Positions 29,590 through 39,708 of a DNA stretch of 64,000 nt are shown piece by piece. Made by a program: the position numbers and the translations under genes. Within the stretch, counting starts at the first letter, position 1. Each line of letters opens with the position of its first letter. The notes beneath the pieces were generated by a model, which did not search any database, was not told the DNA's origin, and saw only the letters and a program-made list of their open reading frames with translations. Location of the stretch: the IMG/VR virus record IMGVR_UViG_3300020416_001284, positions 6,796 through 70,795 of that record. One strand, 5' to 3'. Origin of the DNA: a virus.

Positions 29590-31720
29590 CCTTCTCTATC
29601 TTAATCGTACCTACCACTCCACTATGCCCACCTATAGTAGCAGAATCAATAGGAATAGTAGCATATCCACGTCCACCTGTACCACCTGTACTACCATCAT
29701 TACCACCAAAACCACCTTGAGAACCACCACCTCCACCACCATCACCATTAAATTGCCCATTACCTCCGTTGAACTGATAATTTAAACCTGCTTTATATCC
29801 TCTAATAACAGGAGTAGTAAAAATAGAAGTTGATTTTTGACCATTCTGACCAGTAAAGAATGTAGTGGATCCAATAGAAACGCAAGGTGCTATTCCTTGG
29901 TTAGCCCAATAATTACCAATTGTACATCTAGCAACTTGACCTCCTTGTCGTGCTGTAGTATTAGCAGTAGGCATATCACCAGTATTGCTATTAAATGGGA
30001 AATATCCAAATGATCTTATATCTGGTTCAGCACCAATACCTCCCCCATCTCCAGCACCACCCACACTACCTTGTCCTCCACCGCCACCACCTCCAACGGC
30101 AACTAACAATTCACCACCTTGATAGAAGAAAGATCCACCACCACCATTACCACCAATACCCGTTCCACCAGTTTGTCCAGCAGTAGCACTTATAGGAACA
30201 CCACCAGAAGGCCACATTCTTGCTCCTAAATTGACGACATATTCTTGCTGTTGTGTAAGAGTCATTGTCCAAACACTTACTCCCCCTTCACCACCAGCAG
30301 TTCCATTCTCGGACTCAGCACCGCCAGCTGCTTTCATTGTTATCTTAACAGTAACATCTTCCTCTGGTGCATTTATTGAATATATTCTGTTCCAATTACC
30401 AGTAGGTTCCAATGAGTCTGAAGGAATTATTTCCAATGCTTCATCTTCTAAGTTAACTACCTTTGTACTATAAAGCGTAGCATTAACATCAAATTCCTCT
30501 AAATGCAGTATACTTCTATCAACATCTGCTCCTGCCACATCATAATTAACAACATCAGATAATAATGGGGAATTAACTGCACCAGGATAACTAATACTAC
30601 ATGCAACAGTATGAATTCCTGCAACGGTATCATTAATAGTTAAAATCCTTGTAGCACCACCACTGACTGTACGAGTGGTAGTATTAGTAGGATTCTCACC
30701 ATTAACTTTCCATTGATAAACCAGATTAGGATCTACTGGTACTGAACCACCTGTAAGATTATCAATAAATGGGTAAATATATCTTTTTTCGTCTATTCCA
30801 GGAGCGGTTCCTGTTTGATAATCAATAAGAATACCTGCTGCTGCACAATCTGTCACAAATTTATTATAAGAACCCGCCACACTGGCTGGTGTCATACTAC
30901 CAGAATTATCTATCCATAAGGTAACAGTTGTTCCTGCAGCATAACTATCTAGATTTGCAGCCTCAAACCAATTTGAGATATGTCCAACTCTATTCTCATC
31001 TCTGTTTACATCAGTAACAATATAATCTGTAGGAGCAACACTTGGAAGTATAACATTTGCAGGGCCTGCACCTCCCCTGAGAGGTACTCTGAAAATGTTA
31101 AATGGTCTTGTAGGCCATTTATTTCTAAAGGCCGTCCAATCATCATTAATATCCTCTGTCACCGTCGTGTTTGTTTGATCAATCACTGCAATACAAGGGG
31201 CAGGAACTCCTGCTCCAGTGGATGATCCAATTGATGCCAACACACTAAATGTTGCATCATTATCTACAGCAATAGTAGAACTAGTAGGTTGCTGAAGAAT
31301 AACAATGGTAGCACCAACTTGAATTTCAACAGTATCTGAATTTAATGGAGCATTAGGAGCATTACCCGTAGAACGTGCTGTACCTGCAGTAATAGGATCA
31401 CTCGTTCCATATGCAGATGCCTCATAACTTGCTTCTAAGTAAAACTCTCTTCCACTATCATTAAAGTTTAGTTCATTTAAAGTAAGTGTAGTAGTAGCAG
31501 TACCTGTGATAGTAGAACTAGTTGCTATGGGACCATAACCAGTCTCATACCATTGATAAGAAATAGATCCTGTTCCAACGGGAAGAGCTGTTGCAATTCC
31601 TATTAAATTGATAGTGGAAGATTCTGTTGTAAGACCTACAGGTTGAGTGGTATAAGAAAGGAAAGGTCCGTTTAAATCAAGAGTAGTAGGAGTACTCCTA
31701 TATGCTTTAAATCCTATCAT
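29585..31720 (-). CDS. Virion/fibre protein with Ig-like, vWA-like and Gly-rich domains
   Basis: TTQP...SYQWY (Ig-like), WIDNSGSM (vWA-like), GGGGG-rich C-terminus. Confidence 0.6.
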   Translation of the reverse strand: MIGFKAYRSTPTTLDLNGPFLSYTTQPVGLTTESSTINLIGIATALPVGTGSISYQWYETGYGPIATSSTITGTATTTLTLNELNFNDSGREFYLEASYEASAYGTSDPITAGTARSTGNAPNAPLNSDTVEIQVGATIVILQQPTSSTIAVDNDATFSVLASIGSSTGAGVPAPCIAVIDQTNTTVTEDINDDWTAFRNKWPTRPFNIFRVPLRGGAGPANVILPSVAPTDYIVTDVNRDENRVGHISNWFEAANLDSYAAGTTVTLWIDNSGSMTPASVAGSYNKFVTDCAAAGILIDYQTGTAPGIDEKRYIYPFIDNLTGGSVPVDPNLVYQWKVNGENPTNTTTRTVSGGATRILTINDTVAGIHTVACSISYPGAVNSPLLSDVVNYDVAGADVDRSILHLEEFDVNATLYSTKVVNLEDEALEIIPSDSLEPTGNWNRIYSINAPEEDVTVKITMKAAGGAESENGTAGGEGGVSVWTMTLTQQQEYVVNLGARMWPSGGVPISATAGQTGGTGIGGNGGGGSFFYQGGELLVAVGGGGGGGQGSVGGAGDGGGIGAEPDIRSFGYFPFNSNTGDMPTANTTARQGGQVARCTIGNYWANQGIAPCVSIGSTTFFTGQNGQKSTSIFTTPVIRGYKAGLNYQFNGGNGQFNGDGGGGGGSQGGFGGNDGSTGGTGGRGYATIPIDSATIGGHSGVVGTIKIEKV

Positions 31721-34700
31721 GCGAAGTTCTGTCCTCCTACAATACCGTAAAGTCCCTCACCCGAATCCGTAATATTATCTCCATCAAATATCATGAATGA
31801 ATAAATGTCAGTTTTCTCTGCAGTAGTTGTAACCGTTGGAACAACAGCAGCAGGCCACTTAACAGGTATTGCCGTTCCACTGACATCCTTAAAGGTATCT
31901 ATACCTACAGAATAACCCGTGCTATCTTGTAAGATTTTAACACTGAACGCAGTGGATCCCGATGGGGGATTCTTAAGAGTAAACGAAGTAACTGCCTCAT
32001 CTACGGTTAATTTAAATGATTGTGCTATTGCTAAATCAATTGTTACCACACCACTAGAAATATCAAGTACTTCCACATTTTCATGATAAGTCTTAAATCG
32101 AGTTAAACCTTCTAAATCAATGGTTGATCGTGGAATTCCTGTTCCCAATCCAACTTTATTACCCGACGTTGTAGTAAGAGCACTTCCTACATTTAACGTG
32201 CTAGCCGTTACAATTCCAGTTACTATGTTACTTGACGAACTATCCAGATTATAAGTTGTTGCACTTAGTGCTCCACCAACTTGAAGATCCTTAGTTGTAG
32301 TAAATCCAGCAAAGATTGCGGTATTGCGAACATAGATATCAGTCGTTCCTGTTCCAGTGGTTCCTACATCGAGGTTATAATGAGGAACAGTTGTACCAAT
32401 ACCAACTCTCTTCAGATCAAGAGGATATATTCCAGTTCCTAAACCAGCTGGAGTTGGACTCCACTGACTATCATCATCAAGGTTAGTTAGAGCAGAACCA
32501 TCACCTTTGAAACTTGTAGCAGTAATAATACCTGTAACTTCTACATTACCCACAAAGGTTGATAGACCTACAACACTAAGTTTAAATCCACTAGAAGTAG
32601 TACCAATACCAACACCAGTACCATCAACTGCAAATAGTGATGCTCCAGCACCAACCTGAAGTGAATTAACACCAGGAGTAGTGGTTCCGATTCCTACACC
32701 ATCAAAGACCTGAATAGAAGTGTTTGTAGAAATACTTACATTACCATAGCGATACCAATCATTCTCTGTAGTATAAATCCAACCAGTATATCCACCCTTA
32801 GTAGGGTTAGCAAAATAAGTTATGTCACCAGGGTTACCAGATAGAGAAGGTGTTCCAACTCCAATGGTTTGCTTCCTTGAAACTGTAGCATCACCCTGTA
32901 AGAATAAGGAGGTAGCCTCAATACCCTTAGTGGAAGTAGAAGTAAGTTTGTTAGTAAAGACGACTGGACCATCAAACTCAGAAATGATATCTGAATTAGG
33001 TCCACCTTCAACCGCTAATGATCTACTAACAGTTACTTCAAGTGGAGTAATAACATTAAATCCGATACTAGCAGCACCCTGAGATGCATCTTCACCAGTA
33101 ACAGTAGGAAGAGGAGTATTAAATACCTGTTCTTTACCTGTAGAGGAATTTACTTTCTTATTACCAATATAGAAATCACCAGCATCATTCATACCAGTGT
33201 AAACATTCACACCACCATCAAGTTTGGTAGATTGTGATAGAAGTTCCTCTTGAGCACTTAAACTACGATCTTGCTTTTCAGGAAGTCCAGTAGAATAGTT
33301 ACCTGGCCCAAATCCCACATATTCAAAGGTATGACCAGAGGTACGAATAATAGAATTTCTATGGAATTCAATAGGACGGCAATCGATTCTTGTTAATACT
33401 GTGTTATTAGTATGAGTAGTTGCTTCTGTTCCTTGGACTCCTCTAAAGACAGCAACTGGGTTTCCAGTAACTGTAGTTTTAACTCTTACAATCTCCGAAC
33501 CAATTCGTAAATAATCACCAATATTAAGGTCTAAATTAGTAACATTAGTAATTTCAATATTTGTTGCCGATTCTGTTAGAACCGCAGCAGAAAGAGTAGT
33601 TGTAATACCTGCATATTGAGGAATTTGTCTACCTGTAATATTTTCATCTGTCTCAGAAACATTACCACCAGCAGAGGCATACCCAAATTTATAGGTATGC
33701 ATTGTGCCACTAGCATCAGGAGCTGTTGTACCTATACCAATACTAACATTAAATGAATTCTGATCATTAATCTTTTTAATAATGAAATCACCACGATAGA
33801 GAGATCTATCAGATCCACCTAACTTCACCTTATTATCTACACTTAAACCATGTCTTTGTGCAGTAGTAACAACACCAACTCCAGTAGTTTTGTTAAAGTT
33901 AAAGTTAGTAACATTTAATGCCTGACCAGTAACATGAGCACTAGCCGCTGATAAATCAGTTGCTCCTATTCCTGCGGTACTAGCTGCACCAATCGTAGAT
34001 GCAGATGCCACCTGAATAGTGTTATCTGTTCCTACTCCAGTAATCCTATAAAGAGTATTAAACTCATTATTACTATTAGGTTTAACTCCTCTGATATCCA
34101 ATGTATCACCTATGTTATCATAGATGTTAGTAACAGTTACAACACCAACAGCATAAGGAGAATGAGTACCAACACCAATGATAGTAAGAGCATCACCAAT
34201 CTTATATCCAGTACCACCATCCATGATCTTCACAGAGACCAAGTTACCAGAACTATTGGTTTGGATTCTTGCAGTGGCGTTCTTTCCTACAGTACTTACA
34301 CCAGAAGCAAAATCTCCTGCGACTAACTTAGCATCATAAATGTATGCAGCAGTTCCATTACCATATCCAGTACCACTCTGTGCAATAGCAACCTTAGTAA
34401 CACGATTCAATCCATGATCCAGAGAAGTGAAAATAGTATGAGCTGTTCCTGCAGTATTAGAAGTAATCTGAGTTATTCCGACTCCAATATTCCAATCTAA
34501 GATTCCTTTATCTATAGTTTCTTTAGTAATACTATTTTGAAGTTCATTGAGAACAACCTGACCAATAGGACTTGAAACAGCATAAGAATCAGATTCTTTC
34601 GGATCAGACTTGGCATTATCCCTATTAGTCTGAGGATAGAAATTCTGAATAGGTTGAGAATATCTTTCCGTAGAGAAAGGACTTGCAGATGGTTTATTAG

Positions 34701-37632
34701 ATGCGTTAGTTAAGGATAAATGATAGATACCATCCTGACTTCCAGCAACATACTCCTGAATTTCCTCAGATCTATAAACTTGGAAAGTTCCTGCATACTT
34801 CTTCTGAGTAAATGTAGGAAGACTAGTAGTTCTGGAATTAATGTCACTAGTCATCGTTCCAAGACTAGTTGCATTAGTTACTGTAAATTCTCTGGCACTT
34901 GGTATTCCAACAACATTAAAGGTTCCATTATAACCAGAATTTGCCGTTCCTACTGGGTTGTCTGCACTCTTTACATTCTTGATTTCAACCTGAGAACCCT
35001 CTTTTAATCCATGAGGTAATTCTGAAAGATAATAAGCTGTGTTACCTACCCAATGAACATGTGCAAGGAAACTAAAGTTTCGTGCCTCATTCTTATTACC
35101 TAAGGTTACTGTAGTAGGACTAAAGAATGTAGCAACTTCTGCATCTGTTGCACCTGTTACAGTACTTGATTCTTGTATTACATATCCATCAATAGGAGGA
35201 CGTGCAGATGAAATTCCACTACCTGCAGGAAGAACATAACGAGCACGATATACAGTATCAATAAGGTTTCTTGTATCAGGAGTTCTTTCAATAAAGGTTC
35301 TTGGTGTTGCATTACCTAAAGTAGTTGCACCCAAACTTGTAATACATGAATAAACATCATTATCAGTAGCCGCTATTCCAACAGTAATATACCATTGACT
35401 CTCATTAGCATCCCATTGAACAGGATGACCAATATCTCCTGCAATTTTATCCGAAACTCTACTTACAACATCAAGAATACCACCCTTACTATTAATAGTG
35501 ATAGCATCTCCACCAGTTGCATCATTTAATGTCTGACCAATCTTGATTTGATTAGTACCAATACCAGAAGTAATGGCATAATAGACAGTATTTGAATCTA
35601 ATCCATCAGGAAGGTGTCCATTCTGTGCAATAACACGAATACTTTCACCTTCGATAAAGGTATGAGGTTTTGTGAAAGTAAGAGTATTAGAACTGATACT
35701 ACTAATACCTGATGTCCTTGCAACTTGGAATGTCTTCTCATATGAAGTCTGACCTGAATAACTAGTCACCAACTCAGTATTAGGCATCACAATTCGTGCC
35801 TTCTTCTGATTAATTACTCCTGTAACAGGATCGGGAATAAGAACATTTAATTGGTCATTCTCTTGAGCACCTACTCTATATCCTTCAAGAACAGTGGCAG
35901 GTTTAACAGCCTGGTTAGTTTGATCATAAAGATATAAACGACTGGTTGATCCTATACCAGCAACGGAATCAGTTTTATTAACATCTATAGCATCAAATTC
36001 AACTGCTAATGTTGTTGTTTCTATTTCTTTTGGAGGAATAATATGAGTAAGATATCCAACATCATCTCTAGGAAAAGCATCCTTTTTAAATCCTTGAGCA
36101 ACTAATGATTTTGAACCAAAGTTAGAGTTAGAGTTAGTAACAGATAAGTCACCACCAGAGTCTACAGTTAAGTGCTCAGAGTAACCAATCGCAAAGACAG
36201 AAACACACTGTATAACAGCATCATTAGTTGCCTTAATATGATAGTTTCTATAAGAAGGTTTATAAACAGCCTTTGAATCTGAATTTATATTTTCATTTCC
36301 TGCAAAAGTACTATCCTTATATTCTCCACTATCCTCATCATACTTAACAAAAGCATTATTATCCTTCTGCAGACCTATACCTGTATACTGAGCACAAACC
36401 ATAGACTTAAATCCTGTGGCATTGTTACCATCAGCAAACATACCACACATACCATAAACTGATCTTAATGAACAGTTAAAGACATATGGAGAAGCAGAGG
36501 TAACAGTATCAACTTCAAGACTGATGGTTGAACCAGTTACAGAAGGCAGTGGATTAACAGGAGCATTTAGTACCTGATATTTAAATTCACTAATTCCTGA
36601 TGAATCACTACTAACAACATCACTAACCACATAGTTTCCACTATATCCATCAGCAGTAATTCCTTCAATTTGGAATGCAGTATCTACATCTAATCCCTTA
36701 ATAGGAGTTGTAGCGGTAACCGTAATAATAGTAGATGTAGTAGATCCATCACCTGCTTTAATACTGGATATACCAACAGCCCCACCCATAGGACCAACAA
36801 TACGATATTCATTAACACTAGGTTGAATATCAAGTCCTGATGAAGGATAATCGGGTTCGATTTCACGACCAGAAGAAGGACCATATGCAAGACCTACCTT
36901 TTCATAATACATGTCCAGATCAGTTCTGGCTGCATCAAAATCCGATATAAATGCATCGTCAATCTTTACATCATTTACACCATCGGCATATTCAAATACT
37001 GTGAGTTTGTGGTGAGAGAAATTAGGAACAAACTTATTAACAGTATAATCCTTATAAACAGATCCATTAGGATTACCATCAAATATAGTAAGTTGCCAAA
37101 GATAACAAGAACCTGTTACTCGGAAGATAGCAGATCTTTCAATCGCATCATTTTCAGGATTAGGAACATACTTAGGTCTTATTTTTGTCTTTCTTAAATC
37201 AAAACCAACAAGAGAAGTACCACGAGGTAGAATCACACCCCCGTAGACACTATTCATCTTATAGAGAGCATTATCTGATGTGGTTAAATCAAAGTTAGTT
37301 GAAAGAGACCATGCAGGGAAATCATCAGAAGTATTACCATCTCTTAATCTATAATTATCCGCACCATCTGGAATCCATCCTGGTCTATTATCTACAATAT
37401 GCTCACCAGGATAAAGAAGAATGGTAGTCTTACCAAATCTATCATTATCTAGACCTTTCTGATATGAAAATCTTGCTGACTCAACCAGAGCCCTTTGGAT
37501 TGTCTTAAATGGACGGGTTAATGAATTTCCTTGATTCTCAATACTATCTGTTGCATCCAAATCATTTGGATTAACATAGAGAATATTACCACGAACATTC
37601 TTCAGGAAATTATCTAGACGACTTAGAGGCAT
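31717..37632 (-). CDS. Large virion structural / tail fibre protein (1971 aa)
   Basis: MPLSRLDNFLKN..G.ILYVNP..LDATDSIENQGNSL.RPFKTIQRAL start typical of cyanomyovirus structural proteins; VGIGTT repeats. Confidence 0.75.
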   Translation of the reverse strand: MPLSRLDNFLKNVRGNILYVNPNDLDATDSIENQGNSLTRPFKTIQRALVESARFSYQKGLDNDRFGKTTILLYPGEHIVDNRPGWIPDGADNYRLRDGNTSDDFPAWSLSTNFDLTTSDNALYKMNSVYGGVILPRGTSLVGFDLRKTKIRPKYVPNPENDAIERSAIFRVTGSCYLWQLTIFDGNPNGSVYKDYTVNKFVPNFSHHKLTVFEYADGVNDVKIDDAFISDFDAARTDLDMYYEKVGLAYGPSSGREIEPDYPSSGLDIQPSVNEYRIVGPMGGAVGISSIKAGDGSTTSTIITVTATTPIKGLDVDTAFQIEGITADGYSGNYVVSDVVSSDSSGISEFKYQVLNAPVNPLPSVTGSTISLEVDTVTSASPYVFNCSLRSVYGMCGMFADGNNATGFKSMVCAQYTGIGLQKDNNAFVKYDEDSGEYKDSTFAGNENINSDSKAVYKPSYRNYHIKATNDAVIQCVSVFAIGYSEHLTVDSGGDLSVTNSNSNFGSKSLVAQGFKKDAFPRDDVGYLTHIIPPKEIETTTLAVEFDAIDVNKTDSVAGIGSTSRLYLYDQTNQAVKPATVLEGYRVGAQENDQLNVLIPDPVTGVINQKKARIVMPNTELVTSYSGQTSYEKTFQVARTSGISSISSNTLTFTKPHTFIEGESIRVIAQNGHLPDGLDSNTVYYAITSGIGTNQIKIGQTLNDATGGDAITINSKGGILDVVSRVSDKIAGDIGHPVQWDANESQWYITVGIAATDNDVYSCITSLGATTLGNATPRTFIERTPDTRNLIDTVYRARYVLPAGSGISSARPPIDGYVIQESSTVTGATDAEVATFFSPTTVTLGNKNEARNFSFLAHVHWVGNTAYYLSELPHGLKEGSQVEIKNVKSADNPVGTANSGYNGTFNVVGIPSAREFTVTNATSLGTMTSDINSRTTSLPTFTQKKYAGTFQVYRSEEIQEYVAGSQDGIYHLSLTNASNKPSASPFSTERYSQPIQNFYPQTNRDNAKSDPKESDSYAVSSPIGQVVLNELQNSITKETIDKGILDWNIGVGITQITSNTAGTAHTIFTSLDHGLNRVTKVAIAQSGTGYGNGTAAYIYDAKLVAGDFASGVSTVGKNATARIQTNSSGNLVSVKIMDGGTGYKIGDALTIIGVGTHSPYAVGVVTVTNIYDNIGDTLDIRGVKPNSNNEFNTLYRITGVGTDNTIQVASASTIGAASTAGIGATDLSAASAHVTGQALNVTNFNFNKTTGVGVVTTAQRHGLSVDNKVKLGGSDRSLYRGDFIIKKINDQNSFNVSIGIGTTAPDASGTMHTYKFGYASAGGNVSETDENITGRQIPQYAGITTTLSAAVLTESATNIEITNVTNLDLNIGDYLRIGSEIVRVKTTVTGNPVAVFRGVQGTEATTHTNNTVLTRIDCRPIEFHRNSIIRTSGHTFEYVGFGPGNYSTGLPEKQDRSLSAQEELLSQSTKLDGGVNVYTGMNDAGDFYIGNKKVNSSTGKEQVFNTPLPTVTGEDASQGAASIGFNVITPLEVTVSRSLAVEGGPNSDIISEFDGPVVFTNKLTSTSTKGIEATSLFLQGDATVSRKQTIGVGTPSLSGNPGDITYFANPTKGGYTGWIYTTENDWYRYGNVSISTNTSIQVFDGVGIGTTTPGVNSLQVGAGASLFAVDGTGVGIGTTSSGFKLSVVGLSTFVGNVEVTGIITATSFKGDGSALTNLDDDSQWSPTPAGLGTGIYPLDLKRVGIGTTVPHYNLDVGTTGTGTTDIYVRNTAIFAGFTTTKDLQVGGALSATTYNLDSSSSNIVTGIVTASTLNVGSALTTTSGNKVGLGTGIPRSTIDLEGLTRFKTYHENVEVLDISSGVVTIDLAIAQSFKLTVDEAVTSFTLKNPPSGSTAFSVKILQDSTGYSVGIDTFKDVSGTAIPVKWPAAVVPTVTTTAEKTDIYSFMIFDGDNITDSGEGLYGIVGGQNFA

Positions 37633-37661
37633 CTTATTTGCACGATAGTTCTATTATGATT

Positions 37662-37668
37662 TATTTAT
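37662..37668 (-). promoter_or_regulatory. Late promoter ATAAATA
   Basis: About 30 nt upstream of the ATG at 37632. Confidence 0.6.
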
Positions 37669-37687
37669 CATCCCAAAGTTCCGTGCT

Positions 37688-37759
37688 TAAAAAGTAATAA
37701 GGACAAAAAACCACGGAGAATTTTTTGCCCTTATTTTTGAATTAAAAGTTGATTTTCCC
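37688..37759 (-). other. Conserved intergenic hairpin element, copy 1
   Basis: 15-bp stem 37696-37710/37721-37735; homologous to 61718-61790. Confidence 0.65.
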
Positions 37760-37942
37760 TTACAAAGGATCAGTATATGTTAACATGTCTTCTGGACAGT
37801 TATCCCTTACAAAATGCAACACATTCATAAACTCCTCAACTGTTTCACACTCTACTGTTTTTGTATCTCCTTCATCTGAATAGAGATGCACTTTACGTTG
37901 AATTGTATCCACAACACAACGGGAAAGATACTCATCTTCCAT
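37760..37942 (-). CDS. Small hypothetical protein (60 aa)
   Basis: Clean ORF with its own sigma70-type promoter. Confidence 0.7.
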   Translation of the reverse strand: MEDEYLSRCVVDTIQRKVHLYSDEGDTKTVECETVEEFMNVLHFVRDNCPEDMLTYTDPL

Positions 37943-37966
37943 TAGAAACCTTACAATGATCTATAC

Positions 37967-37995
37967 AGTATACTATGATTCCCCATATATGTCAA
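37967..37995 (-). promoter_or_regulatory. Sigma70-type early promoter TTGACA-N17-TATACT
   Basis: -35 at 37990-37995, -10 at 37967-37972. Confidence 0.75.
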
Positions 37996-38206
37996 GACGG
38001 TCAGCCATGATCATATAATAACAATCCACAGGTAATCCCTGAGTTTGCAAATGAACTTCAAGACCCTGCACCCTTTTCACCACAAGACCTTGCTTTGCTC
38101 CTACTTCTGTGAGATGCACTGTAATGGTCGATAAATCAACTAACTTCTCCCATTCTTCTGGGAGATTAATTAGTTTCTTTTGGGTTCTTCCGTGTAAAAT
38201 TTCCAT
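37973..38206 (-). CDS. 77-aa stand-alone copy of a fibre C-terminal domain
   Basis: I.LPE.W..LVD...ITV.L...G...DC.Y.I...R.D matches the C-terminus of 39708-40736. Confidence 0.65.
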   Translation of the reverse strand: MEILHGRTQKKLINLPEEWEKLVDLSTITVHLTEVGAKQGLVVKRVQGLEVHLQTQGLPVDCYYMIMADRLDIYGES

Positions 38207-38208
38207 AA

Positions 38209-39708
38209 TTAAGAATCTACTACATTTCTTATAGTTAGGTTATCTAAATGTTGTTGTAAAGTATTGAGTCTATCCACAATTTCATTTTGAGCCCCAATAC
38301 CCACTCTAAAACCCCATATTGGTAAACTATAATGTTCATTCCTTTCTGTTCTTAAAGAATTTACTCCTTCCACTAGACTAGGATTAGAGGTATCGTTAGC
38401 TCCACGAAGAGTCGTCTCTTTAGTACTCGAAACTCCAATAGCATCCGTAATAGCAGTATCTAAAGCAGAAGGACATGCAGAAAGAGTTCCATAAAGACTA
38501 TCAATATCATCTACCTCTACCGTTAGAGTATCATTCTCAGCTGCTTTAGCAGCACTTCCTACACTTGCTTTAGGGTAAGCAGAAAATCCCACTCTCCAAT
38601 AACATACTCCTGAACCATTTTTAGGAGGTTCTATAATAGGAGTTCCACTTGGTTCAATTGAATATCCCTCAAGATCAGGATTCCATGCCATAGCAGCATT
38701 CGGATATCCAGAATTATCAAGTCCAATAGAAACTCCCATTCCAATATTAGCAGTTTGCATTATTCCTACTGTCTGAGGTAAAAATGGATCTGCATCTTTG
38801 GATAATGAATATTTTTCTCTACCTGAATTTGCAAAATTAGCAGGATCATCGAGTACATCAAAAGATCCATAGTTTCCATTATCTAAGGGTGCTTTAACAC
38901 TTCTAAGAGCAATGCTGTCAAGAGTAAGAACATTAACCCTTGAGACAGTAGTGGCAATACCTACCAGTGTGGTAATCTCCGATAAATCTGTGAATCCTGT
39001 AGTAATTCCAGTAATCTTGGTTGTTCCTGAAAAAACATTAAGATCTTTAGGTTCGATAATTTGACCTACTTTTAATTTTTCAGAAAGACCTGCTCCTACT
39101 GGTTGCATGACGGTTAAAGTAGATTCTCCTTGGGTTATAGTTCCAATAAAACCTCCTACCAAGGTATTGCCAATATCATCTGAATAAGGTTCATTATAAT
39201 ATTTTATGCCATAATAATTCCGAGGATCAAATCCAAAGGTATAACCAACCCCAAGACCTCTTGCATTTTGACTGTTAATTGGAAAAATCTCTATATTTCC
39301 ATCAGGACGCAAAAGAATAAGAGTATTACCAAAGTAATTATCATCGTCTTCGCTTGATGGAAATTTAAAATCTGATTTTTTAGTATATCCTCCTCCAGAT
39401 AGTTTAGTACAAACAAGACTATATTCAGTAGGATCTACCGTATCATTAATATTAGTGACTCTCCAGAACATATCAGTCTTACAGACTCCTACTATTCTAT
39501 CATTATAAGCAGTCTCAACATCATTAAATGCTTCATTGACCTCATCACATTGATCCAATAGATCCTTATCTAATTTATGAATTGCCTGATCATACGGAAG
39601 TTTATCATTATCAACAATAATTACTCTACTCTGCAATCCATCAATGGCCTCCAATGCACCTTGAAGATCCTCCCCTGCTTGTGAAAAAAGTTTAGATGAT
39701 AATGTCAT
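38209..39708 (-). CDS. Hypothetical virion structural protein
   Basis: 499-aa ORF in the baseplate operon; no recognised motif. Confidence 0.5.
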   Translation of the reverse strand: MTLSSKLFSQAGEDLQGALEAIDGLQSRVIIVDNDKLPYDQAIHKLDKDLLDQCDEVNEAFNDVETAYNDRIVGVCKTDMFWRVTNINDTVDPTEYSLVCTKLSGGGYTKKSDFKFPSSEDDDNYFGNTLILLRPDGNIEIFPINSQNARGLGVGYTFGFDPRNYYGIKYYNEPYSDDIGNTLVGGFIGTITQGESTLTVMQPVGAGLSEKLKVGQIIEPKDLNVFSGTTKITGITTGFTDLSEITTLVGIATTVSRVNVLTLDSIALRSVKAPLDNGNYGSFDVLDDPANFANSGREKYSLSKDADPFLPQTVGIMQTANIGMGVSIGLDNSGYPNAAMAWNPDLEGYSIEPSGTPIIEPPKNGSGVCYWRVGFSAYPKASVGSAAKAAENDTLTVEVDDIDSLYGTLSACPSALDTAITDAIGVSSTKETTLRGANDTSNPSLVEGVNSLRTERNEHYSLPIWGFRVGIGAQNEIVDRLNTLQQHLDNLTIRNVVDS

